A stretch of DNA of 64,000 nt from a virus: IMG/VR virus record IMGVR_UViG_3300027985_000891, positions 32,001 through 96,000 of that record; one strand, written 5' to 3'. This document shows, one piece after another, positions 59,410 through 64,000 of the stretch (within the stretch, counting starts at the first letter, position 1; the number at the start of each line of letters is the position of its first letter). The position numbers and the translations under genes are program-made. A model generated the notes under the pieces. That model was not told the origin of the DNA. It was given only the letters and a program-made list of their open reading frames with translations, and ran no database searches.

Positions 59410-60432
59410 ATGAAACACTTTTTGTTCATTTCAGTATTCTTATGTGTAATAGCTGATATCTATTCACAACAATGTTTTGTAACAGACTTCGAATATCAGT
59501 TCTATGTACCACCTGATCATAACCATCAGACTGATAGAGCATTACATACTCACTGTCTAACGATTTTTGCCGTAGTAGACTACTTTACTTATCTTGATTT
59601 TAATGGCAATGAGCCGGCAATAGTACAATGGGTAGAAGATAACTGGAGTAATGTAAAAGAGGTCTTTGCTATTGAAAATGTTAGTGTGGATGTATCAGCT
59701 ATTCACATTTATACAGAACCGGATTGGATCACATTGGGTACCTATAATAATATTCAAGAAGTACTTTATGATTTTGGTGGTTTCATTAAAGACGATGTCA
59801 ATGGACGCTTCAAATGTATGATGACCACCTATGAATGGGGAGGTGGTATTGGTTGGGTAGGAGGATATAATACTCCTCGTAAACCGGTATACAATCAGAG
59901 TGGCTTATTAGGATACTATGGCGCATACAATGTGTGTGGTAACTTATCTAAAACAGTTACTGATTATCCTGCTTATTCATGGAATACAAATGTACTTGCT
60001 CATGAACTGGGACATAACCTTGGACTTGGACATACCCACGATGGTATATGGGGTCCTAATAATGATATGAGAGTTGACGATTGTGCAGGTAATCCTATGA
60101 CACCGGTTATTATGCCTATTGAATATAGTACTGCTATGAGTTATTGTCATCTTACATCTCATGGTATTGATCACACCAAAGGATTTGGTTTCTATCCTGG
60201 TGAACTTATGCGAGCTAACATCTTTGCTACTCCTATGTTGGAGATAGTCGATGGTACCTTAATTCTTCAAGGCCTTCTTCAAGGTTATGAGTATCAGGCT
60301 TCAGAGATTATTATTCCTAATGGTGGAAACAGCGCAAACTATTATCTTACTTTGAGAGCAGATGAAGTTACTATCGAAAATAACTTTATAGCTTATCCAA
60401 CTTTTCAAATTTATCCCTCAGTGTGTAATTAG
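59410..60432 (+). CDS. secreted metzincin zinc metalloprotease (M12B/reprolysin-like)
   Basis: Signal peptide ending IYS-Q, GGGIGW, HELGHNLGLGH zinc motif and Met-turn TAMSYCH. Confidence 0.85.
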   Translation: MKHFLFISVFLCVIADIYSQQCFVTDFEYQFYVPPDHNHQTDRALHTHCLTIFAVVDYFTYLDFNGNEPAIVQWVEDNWSNVKEVFAIENVSVDVSAIHIYTEPDWITLGTYNNIQEVLYDFGGFIKDDVNGRFKCMMTTYEWGGGIGWVGGYNTPRKPVYNQSGLLGYYGAYNVCGNLSKTVTDYPAYSWNTNVLAHELGHNLGLGHTHDGIWGPNNDMRVDDCAGNPMTPVIMPIEYSTAMSYCHLTSHGIDHTKGFGFYPGELMRANIFATPMLEIVDGTLILQGLLQGYEYQASEIIIPNGGNSANYYLTLRADEVTIENNFIAYPTFQIYPSVCN

Positions 60433-60470
60433 CAACTGATGTGAGAAAAGTAACAAATAATTGAGACTTT

Positions 60471-60857
60471 ATGACTACTGTTGACAAGATAGGGAGGTTT
60501 CTTGCCTCTACTATGCATTACAAAATGGGTCTTACACAAGAATATCAATGGTTCTTTAAAGAAACTTCACTATATAGATATTTTCTCGGGCTTAATATAT
60601 ATGGCGACCGAATAGATGTAGATACTTTAAGTAGTACTCAACGACAAGAAATCATACTTACTATATTTCTTAATCAAATGTGGGAGTCTGATATTATTAG
60701 TAACCAAGAACATGAGACTTATCACTTGATGAATAAAAGTACTGATGTTGAAACGCAAACACTATTATCTGGTATTTTAGAAGTCTTGTATCCACAAATG
60801 ATTAAACTGTGGATCAAAAAACATGGAAAGATACCTTGGGTAAAAATACACTCATAA
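60471..60857 (+). CDS. hypothetical protein
   Basis: 128-aa ORF. Confidence 0.55.
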   Translation: MTTVDKIGRFLASTMHYKMGLTQEYQWFFKETSLYRYFLGLNIYGDRIDVDTLSSTQRQEIILTIFLNQMWESDIISNQEHETYHLMNKSTDVETQTLLSGILEVLYPQMIKLWIKKHGKIPWVKIHS

Positions 60858-60902
60858 CTCTTAGAAACGAATAATTTTTAACTTTACGCTAAATCCACTA
60901 AA

Positions 60903-61694
60903 ATGGCAAACGATAAGCTTTATGGACTGTTAGCAGTCACTGATTCTTTAGCTGTTTCTTTTAAGAATATGCTTAAGGATTATATCAACTTTTTCAAAAA
61001 TAATCAAGGAGCATTTACTGGAGAAAAGAAAACATATACTCCAGCCGGTGATGCTGTTGATGAACCTAAACACCGCGGTAACAGACTTGTTCAAACTACT
61101 GTAGATGAAAAGTTTGAATGGTTTGTTGAAAATACGGAAAAGTACTTAAAAACACTGTTTGATCAAGAAGCTACCAATGCATCTGGCATGGCAGTAGCTG
61201 ATCTAATTGTTGATGGTAAAGACTTTGGAACATACAGTTCCCTCGAATTACTGAGATTGAAAAGTATCCTGGAGAATGGAGATCTCTTAGCAATGTACGG
61301 TTTAATACCGGTTCGCTCTGATGCAGAAGAATGGAACAAAACTGTTGAAGAAAATTACAAAGATAGGGCGATATATGAGAATCCAATGTTATCTTGGGAT
61401 AATAAAACTACTGAAAAGGAGAGTTACATTCTAACAGATCCTAACTTGGATAAAATAGGAGATAAAAACTATACTCCACAATTAGGAACTAAGAATACAA
61501 CACGCCTCCTGGGGCATGGTACCACTCAAAAATTTAGTGGTGAATGGTCTCAAAGACAACGAGCTACTGCACTGAAAAGAATTAAACTGTTTCACATAGG
61601 AGTAGTAGAAGCTTTGAAAAAAGCCAATGATGTAGAAATACGTAGCTCTGTATTTGATCCGAAAAAGTTCTTTGATTATATTAATCAAGGATAA
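60903..61694 (+). CDS. conserved helical phage/bacterial protein (DUF7873-like, tentative) upstream of a structured RNA
   Basis: 263 aa; AFTGEKKTYTP, VQTTVDE, EATNASG, ELLRLKS, FSGEWS and ALKKAND blocks. Confidence 0.6.
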   Translation: MANDKLYGLLAVTDSLAVSFKNMLKDYINFFKNNQGAFTGEKKTYTPAGDAVDEPKHRGNRLVQTTVDEKFEWFVENTEKYLKTLFDQEATNASGMAVADLIVDGKDFGTYSSLELLRLKSILENGDLLAMYGLIPVRSDAEEWNKTVEENYKDRAIYENPMLSWDNKTTEKESYILTDPNLDKIGDKNYTPQLGTKNTTRLLGHGTTQKFSGEWSQRQRATALKRIKLFHIGVVEALKKANDVEIRSSVFDPKKFFDYINQG

Positions 61695-61699
61695 AGATA

Positions 61700-61990
61700 C
61701 CTGTAGCTTAAGCTTTATACTTACAGTAAACACCGTTGTGCTAGACATTAAGCATTAGTGTTGAGGTATAGACTTAGGCTTATGTTGATTGGTTGGAAAG
61801 ATCAGGTAGTATAATATTCCCCGTCGCGAGTTCGAGTCTCGTCCCGGCCTCGAAAGTTTAGGTGTCGTAAAAAACCGTATAACGGTCCCGGGTCTAGGAT
61901 CCGGGTTTTACGGTCGGGTAGTTTAACAGGTAAAACCGGAGGAATTAATATAGCATTAGCATAAAGCTATCTGAACATCGATTACAACAC
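61700..61990 (+). ncRNA. circularly permuted tRNA-like RNA (T arm, acceptor, D arm order; YrlA-like topology)
   Basis: T arm GCGAG-TTCGAGT-CTCGT (61826-61842) and CCCGGCC (61843-61849) precede GGTCGGG-TA (61912-61920) and D arm GTTT-AACAGGTA-AAAC (61921-61936). ATTCCCCG pairs with CGGAGGAAT. Ends are approximate. Confidence 0.75.
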
Positions 61991-61991
61991 A

Positions 61992-62038
61992 AGCCCCTCG
62001 CACCCGAAGGATATTGATCTGCGAGGGGTTCTTTTTCT
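61992..62038 (+). terminator. intrinsic terminator
   Basis: CCCCTCGCA...TGCGAGGGG then TTCTTTTT. Confidence 0.7.
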
Positions 62039-62056
62039 TACTTTAAATAACACGTT

Positions 62057-62515
62057 ATGTATCACTTTAATAATTTTTGTTATGGTATAGAAGTCAATAA
62101 AAACAAGAAGTTACTATCATTACTGGAAGAATATGACGTAGAATATCAATGTATCGTTTATATTCCTGGTAAATGGTCAACAAATCCTAGAGAAAATGGT
62201 CCACTTACATTTGAAATATCTACATGGTATCATGGATCATGTGATCAGGATTATTATCCTGGCGTTTTTGGTTTTATCATCACAGATGATGATCATAATC
62301 CTGAGTATGCTACTATTGTACGTGAAGCAAACGAGGAACGTTACAAAGAAGCTTTTAAATATGGCTTAGAAATGTTTCTTAAGTCTGAGAAAGAAGACTT
62401 AGAACGATTAAAGGATACAAATGAATATAAAGACTTTGAGCGTCATATAAAAGAACTCGAAGAGATTATAATTGAAACGCAACCTTGTTTTCATATAGTA
62501 AGTGCAACATCATGA
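62057..62515 (+). CDS. hypothetical protein
   Basis: 152-aa ORF. Confidence 0.6.
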   Translation: MYHFNNFCYGIEVNKNKKLLSLLEEYDVEYQCIVYIPGKWSTNPRENGPLTFEISTWYHGSCDQDYYPGVFGFIITDDDHNPEYATIVREANEERYKEAFKYGLEMFLKSEKEDLERLKDTNEYKDFERHIKELEEIIIETQPCFHIVSATS

Positions 62516-62760
62516 TACCATTTAAATGGCCTAAAATAAAGACTGGTGATAAGTTTACTAGAAGATCTAAATCGTTTAACTTGATTCGATCACATGTAAA
62601 CATGAAGCGTTCCCTGGGAATATTTCAGGTAATACCAGATGAACAACGCATACAAGAAATGACAAAACAGTATAACGAAGTATCACATAAGAAGGTTGGA
62701 TATCGACCGATGCGTGACGCGAACAAAGAGATTATTGGTTATGAAATCTATCCATTATGA
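62485..62760 (+). CDS. hypothetical basic protein
   Basis: 91 aa in the track; true start probably MIPFKW at the ATGA overlap. Confidence 0.5.
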   Translation: MFSYSKCNIMIPFKWPKIKTGDKFTRRSKSFNLIRSHVNMKRSLGIFQVIPDEQRIQEMTKQYNEVSHKKVGYRPMRDANKEIIGYEIYPL

Positions 62761-62797
62761 GCATATTACAAGATTTAGGTTTAAAATAAGCTAGTTT

Positions 62798-62914
62798 GCG
62801 CAGGTGGTGGAATTGGCAGACACGTTGATTTTTGAGGAGTCAATATCCTTTTATTTAAGGCGTTCTGTTTTCTAGCGACACGAGCGTTTGCAGGTTCGAA
62901 TCCTGCCCTGCGCA
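62798..62914 (+). tRNA. atypical class II tRNA (Leu-like body, ambiguous TGA/GAG anticodon, oversized variable region)
   Basis: Acceptor GCGCAGG/CCTGCGC-A, D arm GTGGAATTGGCAGACAC, anticodon arm TTGATT-TTTGAGG-AGTCAA, T arm GCAGG-TTCGAAT-CCTGC; 117 nt; no encoded CCA. Confidence 0.75.
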
Positions 62915-62994
62915 CGGAGATATATTAAACTAAAAAAAAAGGAGGTAAACTATGAAATAAGCAAGATAAAGGTTTATATAGTTATACTTAACTT

Positions 62995-63019
62995 AAAGGG
63001 GGCTTCGGTCCCTTTTTTT
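62995..63019 (+). terminator. intrinsic terminator
   Basis: AAAGGGGGC-TTCG-GTCCCTTT then a T run. Confidence 0.8.
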
Positions 63020-63041
63020 ATTTAAACTAAACTCACTAGAG

Positions 63042-63425
63042 ATGGTGTTTCATAAAACAAATAAGGACTTCAAGAAAGCTCTTGAAGAATTTGCTTATAA
63101 GTGTCAGGAAAGTGACAAAGAAAGTATTAAAAGTAAGGCCAATTACTTTTATCTAAAATGGAGACATATAATAAAGGATAAATCAGAAGATGGTTTTGAA
63201 CTATACTGTTTAAGAAAACTTGTTAAGACTCTAAAGTCAGGTAAATATTGCAATATTCCTTTATCACAAATAGTCACTATAACACGTGCTGAACAGCTCA
63301 AAGATAAAGATTCTAAAAAGGCCGACTATGGTACTATGGCTCTACTTAAAAGTGGACAAGTCGTAAGGATTAAACCTACATTAGATGATCCTTCCTTTCG
63401 TGATGTAAACGAAGTTCTTTTTTAA
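63042..63425 (+). CDS. hypothetical basic protein
   Basis: 127-aa ORF. Confidence 0.55.
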   Translation: MVFHKTNKDFKKALEEFAYKCQESDKESIKSKANYFYLKWRHIIKDKSEDGFELYCLRKLVKTLKSGKYCNIPLSQIVTITRAEQLKDKDSKKADYGTMALLKSGQVVRIKPTLDDPSFRDVNEVLF

Positions 63426-63435
63426 ACTATTTTAT

Positions 63436-63840
63436 ATGTCAAAAGAAAAAACATTAGGAGTAGCATTAGTTAAAGAAGCTTGCCCTTTATGTGGTAAACT
63501 TCAAGATGGTCCCATTATTATGAATAAGATTCTTTCTGAAACAAGAGCCCAGGAGGTGGAGAATCTTCATGGAAAGACCATTGGTTACATGGAAAAAGCC
63601 TGTCAAGAATGTCAGGATCATATGAAACTTGGTATTAAGTTAGTAGTTATCGATGGCAAAAAGAGTGAACCAGGTAATGTCTGGCGTACCGGTCATCAAT
63701 ATGTAGTTACGGAAGATTTTATCAATAAAGTTTTTGCGGATTCTGTACGTGAAGATATACTTAGTAAAAGAGCATCATTTATACCCATTGAAGTGGAAGA
63801 AGCTTTAAAATTAAATACTGCTTTATCTGAAGAAGAGTGA
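63436..63840 (+). CDS. zinc-finger hypothetical protein
   Basis: CPLCG and CQEC pairs. Confidence 0.6.
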   Translation: MSKEKTLGVALVKEACPLCGKLQDGPIIMNKILSETRAQEVENLHGKTIGYMEKACQECQDHMKLGIKLVVIDGKKSEPGNVWRTGHQYVVTEDFINKVFADSVREDILSKRASFIPIEVEEALKLNTALSEEE

Positions 63841-64000
63841 TATATTTGTATTATATCACATATGTTAACCTTTAAACTCAGACTATGTATAACAGATATA
63901 AAGATACTTTAGTCATGAAGGAACTTAAACGTAAATTACGTGAAATCCGACACATGACTGATAATGGTGTACTTAAAATGGATGAGGTTAGTAAACTGTG

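Noticed and set aside
61700-61990. Two-piece tmRNA or ordinary tRNA gene
   Set aside because: No G3-U70 alanine pair, a D stem is present, no tag ORF was seen, and there is no anticodon loop.

Overview
This 64 kb window is a fragment of a large AT-rich crAss-like (Crassvirales-type) phage of a probable Bacteroidota host, read in the standard genetic code. The minus-strand arm (1-44.7 kb) is the virion module. It holds the terminase large subunit, portal, acidic scaffold-like protein, major capsid protein, conserved crAss head/ring/IHF-like genes, an amidase with holin candidates, DUF11-like and beta-helix spike proteins, a 1938-aa Cys-rich protein and a six-gene glycosylation cluster. The plus-strand arm (44.8-64 kb) starts with a PD-(D/E)XK nuclease and is mostly tiny accessory ORFs. 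The main find is at 54769-56179: a stand-alone Cas7/RAMP-like gene followed by a non-coding array of seven units. Each unit is a strict 5-nt register (G/T)G(A/C/T)-NN, and the units are separated by a conserved ~22-nt linker. This is a candidate RNA-guided system whose guide information would sit in the variable dinucleotides (VIPR-like). Other oddities are a circularly permuted tRNA-like RNA behind a 263-aa gene, a 117-nt tRNA with an oversized variable region, two small genes made of capsid-protein fragments, Ser-rich PSSS tracts next to the glycosyltransferases, and a recurring CCCWGGG motif. All family assignments come from motif recognition by eye; no database searches were run.
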